Source of the DNA: an uncultured Gemmatimonadales bacterium
GTDB lineage: Bacteria; Gemmatimonadota; Gemmatimonadetes; Gemmatimonadales; GWC2-71-9
Assembly (NCBI GenBank): GCA_963825055.1
Contig: CAWGSK010000012.1
Coordinates: 448,001 to 512,000 of the forward strand
Direction: 5' to 3'
Length of the DNA stretch: 64,000 bases
Below the pieces are notes generated by a model, which was given only the letters and a program-made list of their open reading frames with translations, made no database searches and was not told the origin of the DNA. Positions 33,813 to 43,641 of the stretch are shown here, piece by piece. The translations under genes were made by a program, and so were the position numbers. Position 1 is the stretch's first letter. Each line of letters opens with the position of its first letter.

Positions 33813-34634
33813 TCAGGCCGCGGAGATGAATGACAGAGGTCCGTCGGGCACCAGGCCGTCCTGGTGCAGCCTGCGGAAGAACGCGGTGAGGCCGTCGAGG
33901 TGCCGCTCACCCAGGGCGTAGTCGAGGCCGGCGAGGTAGTCGCGGCAGACATCCGCACTGACCCCGGTCCGGTCCGCCGCTTCACGAGCCAGTAGGTCGA
34001 GCTGCCTGAGGCCCCAGGTGCGCGACTCGAGCAGGCGCGCGTGGATCCGGCGGACCGCCGCCGGTTCGGCGTCGCGGCGGGCGGCCCATACCGCGAACAC
34101 GAAGGGCAGGCCCGTCCAGGCTTTCCACTCGGCGCCGAGGTCGTACTGGTACGGATAGGTCTCCCTGGCGGCGAGAAGGAGCGCCGCATCGCCGATGACC
34201 AGGACGCCCTCGTGCGGCAGTCCCGCGAGCGAGTCGAGGTCGGTGGATTCCGCCCGGACCTGCGCGAAGCGCGGCTGGACGCCCCACCGGTGCGCGCAGA
34301 GCAGCTCGAGCAGCAGCACCGAAGTGCGCGAGGAGGCCGTGCGGAGGACGGCCTGCGCGTCCAGTTCCCCGACCGGGCGCCGGGCGAACAGCATGACGCT
34401 CTTGACCGGGCCGTCGCAGGTGATGGCGAGGTCCGGCAGCAGGTGGTAGCGTGCGGCGTTCCGCGCATACTCGACCGCGGAGACCACGCTGACCTGCAGT
34501 TCGCCGGCGGCCAGGAGGTCGTTCAGCTCGGCGGCGGTCCCGCTCACCAGGTCGGCCGGCATCGGGACCAGCCCGCGGTCCACCGCCCCGTACACCGGGT
34601 AGCAGTTGATCCAGGGGATCCGGCCGAGCCTCAT
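33813..34634 (-). CDS. mqnA: chorismate dehydratase
   Basis: GPVKSV, SRTSV, IGDAAL and DLGAEWKAWTGLPFVFAVW motifs. Confidence 0.9.
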   Translation of the reverse strand: MRLGRIPWINCYPVYGAVDRGLVPMPADLVSGTAAELNDLLAAGELQVSVVSAVEYARNAARYHLLPDLAITCDGPVKSVMLFARRPVGELDAQAVLRTASSRTSVLLLELLCAHRWGVQPRFAQVRAESTDLDSLAGLPHEGVLVIGDAALLLAARETYPYQYDLGAEWKAWTGLPFVFAVWAARRDAEPAAVRRIHARLLESRTWGLRQLDLLAREAADRTGVSADVCRDYLAGLDYALGERHLDGLTAFFRRLHQDGLVPDGPLSFISAA

Positions 34635-35848
34635 GCCGCGTGCACCACCGGCAGCTCACGTGAGCGTTCGGAAGGGGGACCGGGAGGCGTCGGTGGCGGC
34701 AGGTCGTCGAAGTTCTCGCGTACCGCCTCGTACAGGCTGTTGCGCTCGACCGGCCGCCGACCCGTGCCCCGGATCAGTTCCACCAGACTGTAGTAGCTCA
34801 TGCCCAGGTCGGTCTTTGCGCCGGCATCGTGATAGATGCGCTCGAAGACCACCGTGCCCTCGACATCGTCGCAGCCGAAGTGCAGCGCGATCTGGCTCAG
34901 GAACGGCGTCACCATGGGCCAGTGGGTCTTCACATGGGGAATGTTGTCCAGGAACAGCCGCCCGATGGCGATGTTCTTGAGATCTTCATAACCCGTGGTG
35001 GCCGTGCCGATCCTGCCCAGCTCCTCGCCCAGCTCGTTGTGGTCCGGATGGTACGCGAGGGGGATGTAGGTGAGGAAGCCGCCGGTTTCGTCCTGCAGAT
35101 CCCGGAGCATGCTCAGGTGCTCGATGCGGTCGTCCGCCGTTTCCACGTGGCCATAGAGCATCGTGCAGTTGGTCGGGATACCCAGCTCGTGCGCCACCTT
35201 GTGCACCCGGAGCCACTCCTGCCCCGTCAGCTTGCGCTCCGCAATGGTCGCCCGGACGGCGGTACTGAACACCTCGGCGCCGCCGCCCGGCAGGCTCGTG
35301 AGCCCCGCATCCCGCAGGCGGACCAGGGCTTCCCGCTCGCTGATCTTCTCGATCCGGGCGAGGTTGGCGATTTCCACGGCCGTCAGTGCCTTGATGTGTA
35401 CGTCGGGGTGGCGTTCGCGCAGGCCTCGGATGATGTCCTCGTAGTACGCCAGGCTGAGCTTCGGATGAAGCCCTCCCACAATGTGGAATTCGCGGGTCGG
35501 GCTGCCGGTCGCCTTCTCCGCCTCGGCGAAGACCTCCTCCAGCGACATCGTATAGGCCCCCTCCTCCTTCGGCATCCGCGCGAAGGAGCAGAACGTGCAG
35601 GTGTTCCGGAGGATGCAGACGTTCGTGGGGTTGATGTGCTGGTTTGCGGAGAAGAAGACCCGGTCGCCGTTCCGCCGGCGATTGGCGAAGTCCGCCATCT
35701 CACCCAGAGACAGGAGATCAGCGGTGTCATAGAGGATGCGGGCATCGGCGCCGTCGAGGCGCCGTCCGGCCAGAACCTTCTCGGCAATGGGCACGAGCCT
35801 GGTGTCCTGCATCCGGGCGGGGGCCAGGGAGGGCGTATCTCGTTTCAT
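34631..35848 (-). CDS. mqnE: aminofutalosine synthase (radical SAM)
   Basis: HINPTNVC..TCTFC, HIVGGLHP, PGGGAE, TMLYGHVE and GTVVFERIYHDAG motifs. Confidence 0.9.
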   Translation of the reverse strand: MKRDTPSLAPARMQDTRLVPIAEKVLAGRRLDGADARILYDTADLLSLGEMADFANRRRNGDRVFFSANQHINPTNVCILRNTCTFCSFARMPKEEGAYTMSLEEVFAEAEKATGSPTREFHIVGGLHPKLSLAYYEDIIRGLRERHPDVHIKALTAVEIANLARIEKISEREALVRLRDAGLTSLPGGGAEVFSTAVRATIAERKLTGQEWLRVHKVAHELGIPTNCTMLYGHVETADDRIEHLSMLRDLQDETGGFLTYIPLAYHPDHNELGEELGRIGTATTGYEDLKNIAIGRLFLDNIPHVKTHWPMVTPFLSQIALHFGCDDVEGTVVFERIYHDAGAKTDLGMSYYSLVELIRGTGRRPVERNSLYEAVRENFDDLPPPTPPGPPSERSRELPVVHAA

Positions 35849-35862
35849 GCCTGTAATCTAAG

Positions 35863-35897
35863 GAAGTGAGAAGTGAGAAGTAAGAAGTAAGAGGAAA
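35863..35897. repeat. degenerate 7-bp tandem repeat (GAAGTRA)
   Basis: GAAGTGA GAAGTGA GAAGTAA GAAGTAA GAGGAAA, directly upstream of mqnE. Confidence 0.85.
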
Positions 35898-36002
35898 GGA
35901 GGGCTGGCGGGCGTAGCGCAGGGGCCGGAGTGGAGACGGGCAGGTCACGGGCAGGGGACGCCGTGAGCCCAGACTGCGGGTGTCCACCAGACGGGAGTCA
36001 CC

Positions 36003-36374
36003 ACGCGCACGATCGCCCTTGCCCTGCTCCTCGGCGCAACCATTGCTGCCCCGCTGACCGCCCAGGCGGAATCTTATCATCGCATGATTCCGGGCCCGGG
36101 GCCGTCTCCGGCCTGGCTGGTTCCGGCCTCCCCGGCGGAAACGGCCCTGCTCGCCTACCCGCGTCCGAGCCATAACCACTGGGTCGAGGGTGCATGGATT
36201 GGCGGCATCATGAGTTCCCTCCTGCTGATCTTTCGCCACGACCCGTGCGGCGTGCTGGGCTCACCCGACCAGGCGTGCGATCTCGGGACCGCCATGGGCG
36301 GCCTCATCATCCTGGCCCTCCCTGGGGCCATCATCGGAGGCCTCGTCGGGGCCGCCATCCCCGTTACCGAATAG
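36003..36374 (+). CDS. small exported glycine-zipper membrane protein (proposed ACG start; track start 36084)
   Basis: Paralog of the next gene. The in-frame signal peptide RTIALALLGATIAAPLTAQA begins at an ACG 5 nt after GGGAG. Confidence 0.6.
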   Translation, partial: TRTIALALLLGATIAAPLTAQAESYHRMIPGPGPSPAWLVPASPAETALLAYPRPSHNHWVEGAWIGGIMSSLLLIFRHDPCGVLGSPDQACDLGTAMGGLIILALPGAIIGGLVGAAIPVTE

Positions 36375-36385
36375 GCAGGTTTCCG

Positions 36386-36742
36386 ATGCGTATCCCGATC
36401 ATTCTGCTGGCGCTGCTGCTCATTCCGACCGCAATGCCGGCCCAGGCGTCCGCCGGGTCTCAGTCCCGTATCACCGGGCCTCAACCATCCATCCTGTGGT
36501 CGGTTGAGACCCCCGCCGCCGTCGACACCATCAGAGTCCGGCGGGGCAGCCACTGGCAGACCGGAGCGATCGTGGGAGGCATCGCCGGAGCCCTGTTCGG
36601 CGTGGGTGTGATGCAGGCCGTCTGCGGCCTCAGCGAGAGTACCACAGACTGCACCGGCAACACCATCCTGGGTTCCCTGATGTTCGGGGGTGCCGGGGCC
36701 GGGGTCGGGGCCCTGATCGGAGGCTTGTTCCCCCGTCACTGA
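36386..36742 (+). CDS. small exported glycine-zipper membrane protein
   Basis: Signal peptide ending AQA; HW..GA..GG; two Cys; GxxxG-rich helices. Confidence 0.7.
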   Translation: MRIPIILLALLLIPTAMPAQASAGSQSRITGPQPSILWSVETPAAVDTIRVRRGSHWQTGAIVGGIAGALFGVGVMQAVCGLSESTTDCTGNTILGSLMFGGAGAGVGALIGGLFPRH

Positions 36743-36877
36743 CGATTGTCGCCTGACGGTTGCGCGCTGAAACATCCAGGGGGCGGTTCGCGTCTCATCT
36801 GGTGGACGACCGGAATGCAACGTTTTCTCCACTCCGGCCATCAGGTATTGACCCCTTCCCCTTTCGCAGGACCGATC

Positions 36878-38683
36878 ATGCGCCTGTTTACCCTCGCGGC
36901 CACCGCCCTCTCGGCCGGCGCGTCCGTTCTCACCGCCCAGGCCCCGGCCTCGGCTCCCCTCAGCAACATCACCTACGACCTCACCTTCAACCGCGAAACG
37001 GCGGCGAACCGGACGATCCACGTCGTCATGAACTTCCAGGTGGGCGGGCAGGGAGAGGCACTGCTGTCGCTTCCCGACTGGACCCCAGGAGCCTACGAGA
37101 TCACCAACTTCGCGCGCTGGGTGTCGGCTTTCGAGGCCACCTCCGCAGGCAAGCCCCTGGACTGGGACAAGCTGGACTATGATACGTGGCGGGTGAACCC
37201 GGCTGGTGCGAAGCAGGTCACCGTCGCGTTCGACGTGTTGGCCGACTCCCTGGACAACGCGATGGCCTGGGCCCGGGACGATTTCGCCTTCTTCAACGGG
37301 ACGAACCTCCTGCTCTACCCCGAGGGGCGCGGGATGGACTTTTCCGCGACTGTGCGGGTCAACACGGAATCTGACTGGCAGGTGGCGACCGGCATGCCGA
37401 CCGCCGGGGCCGGTCGGGCCTATCGCGAGGGCAACTACCACGACCTGGTCGACATGCCGTTTTTCGTGGGCCACATCGACTATGACAGCACGACGGTCAA
37501 CGGCCTGAACGTCCGGCTGGCGACCTGGCCCGCGGGCGTATTCACCGGGCAGGCCCGCGCGGATTTCTGGAGCGCGTATGGCAAGCTGTTTGCCCCGCAG
37601 GCCGCAGTGTTCGGTGAGACACCGTATCCCAACTACACCACACTCATCGTGTTCGATTCCACGTTCGGCGGCGGCTCCGCCCTGGAGCACCAGAGTTCAC
37701 ACCTGGGGATCTACACCACGCAGGGCATCGGCCAGGAATGGGTTGTCTCGGTGACCGCGCATGAGATGTTCCACGCCTTCAACGTGAAGCGGCTGCGCCC
37801 GGCCGAGATGGTGCCGTACCGGTATGACCGCCCGCAGCCGACCCCGTGGCTCTGGGTGAGCGAGGGCATTACCGACTACTACGCCGACCTGACGTTGCTC
37901 CGCGCCGGGATCGTGGATTCCGCGAGCTTCCTGAACACCACCGCCGGCAAGATCGCAAACGTCGCGAACACGGTGCCGGTAGCCCTGGAGGATGCGTCCC
38001 TCTCCACCTGGATTCACCCGACCGACGGTACGGGATACATCTACTACCCCAAGGGATCGCTCGCCGGGTTCATGCTCGATATCATCATCCGGGACGCGAG
38101 CGACAATCGCCAGTCCCTCGACGGCGTGATGCGTTCGGTGTACCAGAGCACGTACCAGGCCGGCAAGGGGTTCGGGGCCGCTGACTGGTGGGGAGCCGTG
38201 AGCCGTGCAGCGGGCGGGCGGAGCTTCACCGAATTCAATGAGCGTTATGTGGACGGCCGGGAGCCGTTCCCGTGGGACAGCCTTCTGCCGAAGGCCGGGC
38301 TCCGCCTGGTCACCGACACGGTGTACCTGCCGCGGATCGGCATCAACACGGCGCCGGACAGTTCCGGGGGAATTCGAGTCGTGGCCGTGGCGCCGGGCAC
38401 ATCCGGTGCCGATGCCGGCCTGCGGGCTGGGGACGTCCTGATGGGCATCAGCGCGATCGAGGTGAACAGCCCGGACGCGTTCCAGCAGTTCCGCGACCAG
38501 TACGGCTCTCGTGAAGGCGCGGACATCACGTACCGGATCGTCCGGGACGGGCAGCCGATGTCCCTGCCCGCGAAGGTCCGTCTGGCATCCAACATCACCC
38601 AGCGGATCGAGGTGGTCGCGGATGCCCCGGCCAAAGCCGTCCGGGTGCGGCACGGAATGTTCACCGGCACGACCGCCCGCTGA
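36878..38683 (+). CDS. M61 glycyl aminopeptidase with a PDZ domain
   Basis: WTPGAY, ALEH, HEMFH (HEXXH), SEGITDYY and YYPKG; C-terminal GLRAGDV PDZ; signal peptide. Confidence 0.92.
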   Translation: MRLFTLAATALSAGASVLTAQAPASAPLSNITYDLTFNRETAANRTIHVVMNFQVGGQGEALLSLPDWTPGAYEITNFARWVSAFEATSAGKPLDWDKLDYDTWRVNPAGAKQVTVAFDVLADSLDNAMAWARDDFAFFNGTNLLLYPEGRGMDFSATVRVNTESDWQVATGMPTAGAGRAYREGNYHDLVDMPFFVGHIDYDSTTVNGLNVRLATWPAGVFTGQARADFWSAYGKLFAPQAAVFGETPYPNYTTLIVFDSTFGGGSALEHQSSHLGIYTTQGIGQEWVVSVTAHEMFHAFNVKRLRPAEMVPYRYDRPQPTPWLWVSEGITDYYADLTLLRAGIVDSASFLNTTAGKIANVANTVPVALEDASLSTWIHPTDGTGYIYYPKGSLAGFMLDIIIRDASDNRQSLDGVMRSVYQSTYQAGKGFGAADWWGAVSRAAGGRSFTEFNERYVDGREPFPWDSLLPKAGLRLVTDTVYLPRIGINTAPDSSGGIRVVAVAPGTSGADAGLRAGDVLMGISAIEVNSPDAFQQFRDQYGSREGADITYRIVRDGQPMSLPAKVRLASNITQRIEVVADAPAKAVRVRHGMFTGTTAR

Positions 38684-38704
38684 TCCTCCCAGCCCTGAAA
38701 CGCA

Positions 38705-38732
38705 GAACGGCGGCCCGCAGGGGCCGCCGTTC
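38705..38732. terminator. hairpin between convergent genes (probable bidirectional terminator)
   Basis: 12-bp perfect stem GAACGGCGGCCC/GGGCCGCCGTTC. Confidence 0.65.
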
Positions 38733-38754
38733 GTGTTCGCTGGAATATCGCAGG

Positions 38755-41700
38755 TCAGGAGCGCGGCTGTTCTCCGACGAGGGCCCCCAGCCGTTGCTTC
38801 ACCTCTCGCACCTGCGGCTGGAGCGCGGGGTCCGCGTCCTTCCAGAGATCGACGAACTTCGTGTAGTACTCCACGGCGGCACTGCGGTTCCCCTGACCCT
38901 CGTACAATTCTCCGAGGCGACGATACATCGCCGCGCGGGTGTCGAAGTCATTCTCGTGGCCGAAGAGATCCGGCGTGACCGCTTTGCGCAGGGCGGCGAT
39001 CGCCGAGTCGGGCTCGCCGATCTGCTCGAAGGCGGCTGAGAGGCGGAGTGCCCAGCCGCATCGACCACAGGATGAGTCTGCGGCGTATCGCAGGTGGGGG
39101 ACGGCCTCCCTCGCCTTTCCTTCGCGCAGCAGCAGGAGGCCCCGGATGCCCTCCTCCCACTCGGCCCGGCGCTGGCTCTCCGGCACGGCCCGATGATAGT
39201 CCTCTATCAACTCGCGTGCCCGTTCGGACGGCCCCGCCTCCGCATAGAGGGTGGCCAGCTGGAGGTACGGCCGGTCGGCCGGCGGTATGGAGTCGAGCGG
39301 GAAGCGCCGGAGGTCCGAATCCAGCAGCCGCGCGGCCCCCTCGGGATCGTTCTCGTACACGAGCTTCTTCCGCGACCGGTCGATCAGGTCGAAGATAGGA
39401 GTGGCTTTGATACCCCGTTCGCGGCCGACCTTCATCAGCGTCTGGCCATGACGGGCCGATTCATCGAGTTTCCCGTGCAGCCGGTCCAGCGAATACATCT
39501 CATAGTTCAGGAAGTCCTGCGCGGCCAGGTCGGGGTCACCGGCCAGCAGTCCCTCCCAGACGGCGTGGGCGCTGTCGGGGAGCCCGTTCAGGGCGAACAT
39601 GGCTCCCTTCCAGGGCAGGAACAGCTCGTGCGTGACCGGCGCGGCGAGGTAGCGGTCCAGGACGGTGTCGGCCTCGTCGACCTTGCCCTCGTTCACGAGC
39701 GTCTCGATCAGGTTCCCCCCGAAGGTTCGTGACGTTGTATCGAGCGTGGCCGCGCGACGGTAGAGCGATTCCGCCGCCGCGTACTGGCGGCGGCTGCCGT
39801 AGACGAGCGCCAGGTTGTTGAGGCTGACGAGGTCGTCCGGATTGCGCTCGAGCACGGCCTGGTACGCGCGGGCCGATTTCTCCTGGTCCGGCTCCACGAT
39901 GCGGTAGTAAAAGGCGATCGCGTGCAGGCGCTCGATCTCGGGCAACCGGTCGCGATACTGATAGGCCCGCGTCGCCGCGGCCACCGTGCGTTCGCGGCTG
40001 GCAAAGGTATTGGAGAGGATGACCGCCTGTTTCCGCCAGGCCATGGCGAAGGTACTGTCGAGCGTGGTCGCCTCCCCGAGCTTCTCGAGGGCCCGGTCGT
40101 ATGCGCCCTCCTTCTCCAGCTGCAATCCCTCGGTGTAGGCACGCAACGCGTCAATACTGCCCGTCGTCACCTGCGCCAGCGGCTGGTTTGCCCGGATTGT
40201 CCGGAGCGATTCGCCGATGCGCTCACGCAGATGCGAAGACAGGCGGTCGACCGCCCCGATCAAGGCATTGCCATCCGCTGCGGTTTCCCGGACCGCCACC
40301 AGGGTCGCGTTATCCGCAGGGGAGACGATCCTGGCCGAGAGGACGTACCCCGTCCCGATGGGGTCGATCTGTCCTACGATGATCGCCTTGAGGCCCTCGC
40401 GTTCGGCCATCTCGGATGCGACGGTGGGAGTCATCGGCGTATCGCGCGGACGGTTCATGCGGCCCAGCGCACCCGACACCGCGCGTTCGTCCAGCAGACG
40501 GACGACCGCCGACTGGGCCAGGTCGATCCGGAGCGCCTCGGTGACGGTCGAGCCCAGCGTGGAGTCGTTCGTGTGGTTTTCGAAGTCGGCCACGAGCAGC
40601 GGGTCCCGTTCGGAGAGCACACCGGAGGCCACCAGCGTTCCCACCGGACCGATGCCGAGGAGCCGCATGGCAGTGTACCCGGCCGCCACCAGGCCGAGAA
40701 CGGCAAAGGCCGCTACGCCTCCCATGACGGCCCGGCGCCAGGTGAACCATCCATGCCACCCACCAGCATCCGGCGCGGCGGCAGTGGTGCGCGCAAGGGC
40801 GCGGCGCCGTTCGACCAGCCCGGTGAGCAGCATGATCGGAAGACCGAGGGCGAGGAGGACAATGGCGCCTATCCAGACCCAGTCGGGCAGGCCGAGCTGC
40901 TGCACCAGCAGGTACACCACGGCGAGGACGAGTGCCCCCGCGCCGAGGAACATGGCCGCCACCCGGCCCGGGTGGCCCGCGCGGATGGCGGCGGCGGTTC
41001 CGGACGAGATCGTCCGGGCCCTGACCACCGGCTCGGTGGCGACCGGGGTGGACCCGGCCGGTGTGAGGCCGGCGCTGCTGAGGGCCAGGGCCTCGAGTTG
41101 CACCAGGACCTCATCCGCCGTCTGGGGGCGGTCGGATGGGTGCTTCTGGAGGCACGCCATGATCAGGGCTGCCAGCGCCGGCGGCACGGTCGGGCGGTGC
41201 GCGGTACAGGGTTCCGGGGTCTGGGTGACCTGTGCCGCGAGCACCGACTGCGGGGTTGGCCCGGTGAACGGCGGTCTCCCGCACAGCATCTCGTAGCCCA
41301 GCGCACCGAGGGCGTAGAGGTCGGCGCGGTGATCGATGTTCGGGTCTCCGGCAGCCTGCTCCGGGGCCATGTAGGCGGGCGTGCCGAGCGCCATGCCGAG
41401 GGACGTCAGCGACGTGGCCCCGCTGGAAGCCGACATGGCCTTGGCCACCCCGAAATCGGCCACCAGTGCGTGGCGCCCGGAGAGGAGTACGTTCTCAGGC
41501 TTGATGTCCCGGTGGACGATCCCCTGGGCATGCGCCGAGGCGAGCGCGTCTGCGATCTCGCGGAGGAGCGCAAGTGCCTCCGGCACCGGAAGCGCGCCGA
41601 CCCGTCCCATCCTGGTCCGGAGGGACTCGCCCTCGATATACGGCATGATGTAATACAGGAGGTCGTCCCGCGCGCCCGCGGTGAGCAGCGGGACGATGTG

Positions 41701-41916
41701 CGGGTGCTGGAGCTGGGCCGCGAGCTGGATCTCCCGGCGGAACCGGTCGACATTCACACCGGCCGCCATCTCGGGAGGAAGCACCTTGACCACGACGCGC
41801 CGCCCGAGTTCCGTGTCGGTCGCCAGAAATACTCGGCTCATCCCGCCACCGCCGAGCTCACGCTCGATGCGGCAGGTTTCGCCGAGGGCGGCCTGCAGGC
41901 GGTCAGTCAGCTCCAT
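38755..41916 (-). CDS. Hanks-type Ser/Thr kinase with TM segments and a C-terminal TPR region
   Basis: GGGGMS, VVVK, HRDIKPEN, DFG and GTPAYMAPEQ; three TM helices; TPR-like repeats. Confidence 0.93.
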   Translation of the reverse strand: MELTDRLQAALGETCRIERELGGGGMSRVFLATDTELGRRVVVKVLPPEMAAGVNVDRFRREIQLAAQLQHPHIVPLLTAGARDDLLYYIMPYIEGESLRTRMGRVGALPVPEALALLREIADALASAHAQGIVHRDIKPENVLLSGRHALVADFGVAKAMSASSGATSLTSLGMALGTPAYMAPEQAAGDPNIDHRADLYALGALGYEMLCGRPPFTGPTPQSVLAAQVTQTPEPCTAHRPTVPPALAALIMACLQKHPSDRPQTADEVLVQLEALALSSAGLTPAGSTPVATEPVVRARTISSGTAAAIRAGHPGRVAAMFLGAGALVLAVVYLLVQQLGLPDWVWIGAIVLLALGLPIMLLTGLVERRRALARTTAAAPDAGGWHGWFTWRRAVMGGVAAFAVLGLVAAGYTAMRLLGIGPVGTLVASGVLSERDPLLVADFENHTNDSTLGSTVTEALRIDLAQSAVVRLLDERAVSGALGRMNRPRDTPMTPTVASEMAEREGLKAIIVGQIDPIGTGYVLSARIVSPADNATLVAVRETAADGNALIGAVDRLSSHLRERIGESLRTIRANQPLAQVTTGSIDALRAYTEGLQLEKEGAYDRALEKLGEATTLDSTFAMAWRKQAVILSNTFASRERTVAAATRAYQYRDRLPEIERLHAIAFYYRIVEPDQEKSARAYQAVLERNPDDLVSLNNLALVYGSRRQYAAAESLYRRAATLDTTSRTFGGNLIETLVNEGKVDEADTVLDRYLAAPVTHELFLPWKGAMFALNGLPDSAHAVWEGLLAGDPDLAAQDFLNYEMYSLDRLHGKLDESARHGQTLMKVGRERGIKATPIFDLIDRSRKKLVYENDPEGAARLLDSDLRRFPLDSIPPADRPYLQLATLYAEAGPSERARELIEDYHRAVPESQRRAEWEEGIRGLLLLREGKAREAVPHLRYAADSSCGRCGWALRLSAAFEQIGEPDSAIAALRKAVTPDLFGHENDFDTRAAMYRRLGELYEGQGNRSAAVEYYTKFVDLWKDADPALQPQVREVKQRLGALVGEQPRS

Positions 41917-42038
41917 GCGGAGTCCCCGGGTAGCGTGCAGGTCTCAAAGGAAGGACCCCGTAAGATGGTCCGGTGGGGCCTCCCGGGCCAGTCCAGCCGG
42001 GGCTCAGCATCCGGAGGCTCCCGTGCGTACACAGAGAG

Positions 42039-42509
42039 TTGTCCGTCCCTGACCCGGAGTGCACCCTGACCCTGCGTCCCCTCCTCCTCGGCATTGTCCT
42101 GCTGGGCCTCCTCGGCACCGGCATCGAACTGCTCCTCCTGGGGCACACCGACGGGATCAGCCAGGTGGCCCCCGTGCTCCTGACCGGCGTCGCGATCCTG
42201 GCGGTCGTCTGGCAGTTCCTGGGGCCGGGCGCCGGATCGCTGCGGACGCTCCAGGCCGTCATGCTGCTGTGCGTCGTGGCAGGACTGGTGGGTATTGTGC
42301 TTCACTACCTGGGCAACCGGGAGTTCGAGCTGGAGACCTACCCTGAACTGGCGGGCTGGGCCCTGTTCCGTGAAACCATGACCGGTGCGACGCCCGCGCT
42401 GGCCCCCGCCGCGATGATGCACCTGGGGCTGCTTGGCCTGCTGTATACCTTTCGGCATCCGTTGCTTGCCCATGAGGGGCAGGCCTCCACTTCTCCCATG
42501 GAACCCTGA
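42039..42509 (+). CDS. hypothetical membrane protein (about 4 TM helices; start uncertain)
   Basis: Hydrophobic helices; its stop lies immediately before the next ATG; TTG 42039 is in frame. Confidence 0.7.
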   Translation: MSVPDPECTLTLRPLLLGIVLLGLLGTGIELLLLGHTDGISQVAPVLLTGVAILAVVWQFLGPGAGSLRTLQAVMLLCVVAGLVGIVLHYLGNREFELETYPELAGWALFRETMTGATPALAPAAMMHLGLLGLLYTFRHPLLAHEGQASTSPMEP

Positions 42510-42510
42510 T

Positions 42511-43155
42511 ATGCGCCTCTCCCGCATCCTTCGCACGGCCCTTCTCTGCTCCGCCGCGCTTGTCCCGGCGGCCGCCGCCCAGGTTGGCAAGCCGGTCGAC
42601 ATCATCAACCCCAACCTGGCCGGGGAGCCGGAACTGCTCGCCGTGCCGAACCTGGACGCGGCGGTGGTGAAGGCAATCATTGACCAGCGGCCGTTCTCCG
42701 GCATCCTGCCGCTCAACGTCATGCTGTCAAAGCTGCGCACCCCCGAGCAGCTGACTGAGGCCTACCGCCGGCTCTTCATCCCGATCAACCTCAACACCGC
42801 AACCCGCGAGGAAATCCTCCTGATCCCGGGCGTCGGCAACCGGATGCTGCGGGAGTTCATGGAATACCGGCCGTATCGTTCGCTCGCCGTCTTCCACCGG
42901 GAGATCGGCAAGTACGTGGACGACACGGAACTGGCCCGGCTGGAGCAGTATGTCTTCGTGCCGATCGACCTGAACACGGCGAGCGACGAGGACATTACCA
43001 GTATCCCGGGTGTGGGCCGCCGGATGCTCCGGGAGTTCAAGGAGTACCGGCCGTACCGGAACATCGAGCAGTTCCGGCGCGAGATCGGCAAGTACGTCGA
43101 TGCGCCTGAAGTGGCCCGGCTGGAGCGCTATGTCACCCTGACTCCCGCGCCGTGA
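42511..43155 (+). CDS. exported helix-hairpin-helix repeat protein (ComEA-like)
   Basis: Signal peptide; two near-identical 60-aa repeats (INLNTA..IPGVG.RM) plus a degenerate first repeat. Confidence 0.82.
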   Translation: MRLSRILRTALLCSAALVPAAAAQVGKPVDIINPNLAGEPELLAVPNLDAAVVKAIIDQRPFSGILPLNVMLSKLRTPEQLTEAYRRLFIPINLNTATREEILLIPGVGNRMLREFMEYRPYRSLAVFHREIGKYVDDTELARLEQYVFVPIDLNTASDEDITSIPGVGRRMLREFKEYRPYRNIEQFRREIGKYVDAPEVARLERYVTLTPAP

Positions 43156-43189
43156 CGTCCAGCAGGGAACCTGCTATCTTGGCAGGGTC

Positions 43190-43534
43190 ATGACCACGGC
43201 ATTGATGCGGCGGATCCTCTCGCTGGGCCTGCTCCTGACCTTCTTCGGGGGCGGGCTCGGCATGCCTCTCGCGGACGCCGCCCTCGACCACCGGGCGGCG
43301 AACCACGAGGGCGGCCGGATCCATGTCGAGTCGAGCGGCAATCCGCTGTGCCACGCCGAGCGTTGTGTGCTCGGCCTCGCCGCGGCGAACACGGGCGTGG
43401 CCACGAGGACTGGTACCCCCGCCCTCGGCAGCGTCCTCCATGATGCCCCGCTCATCCTGTACTTCCAGCCCGCGGCTCCCCGGCCGGCCGGGCGCCCCTC
43501 CCATCACAGTCGCGCACCACCACCGCTTTCCTGA
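43190..43534 (+). CDS. His/Cys-rich leader protein with a C-terminal RAPP motif (DUF2946/CruR-like arrest peptide candidate)
   Basis: N-terminal signal/TM segment, H-x4-H-x5-H-x8-CH-x3-C, C-terminal HHSRAPPPLS; upstream of metal uptake genes. Confidence 0.78.
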   Translation: MTTALMRRILSLGLLLTFFGGGLGMPLADAALDHRAANHEGGRIHVESSGNPLCHAERCVLGLAAANTGVATRTGTPALGSVLHDAPLILYFQPAAPRPAGRPSHHSRAPPPLS

Positions 43535-43639
43535 GCGATAGCGCGGCCTGAGCCGGCTTCGAGCCGTATCGGGACCGCCTGACGTCGAGACGTGGTCACC
43601 CGGGGCCCGGGTACCGCGGCCATCCATCTCAGGAGAGTG
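43524..43639 (+). promoter_or_regulatory. putative anti-SD/SD attenuator helix
   Basis: CGCTTTCCTGAG (43524-43535) can form 12 contiguous pairs (2 G-U) with CTCAGGAGAGTG (43628-43639), which contains the porin SD. Confidence 0.65.
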
Positions 43640-43641
43640 CC

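Noticed and set aside
35863..35897. CRISPR array
   Set aside because: The 7-bp tandem units have no spacers, and there are no cas genes.
38755..41916. Ser/Thr kinase-TPR protein as a novel system
   Set aside because: This architecture is, to my knowledge, a common expanded family in this group, and no partner genes stand out here.
42013..42052. GGAGG-GTG mini-ORF ending in TGA as a possible selenocysteine read-through
   Set aside because: Read-through continues into a non-protein-like frame; the membrane protein is in a different frame.
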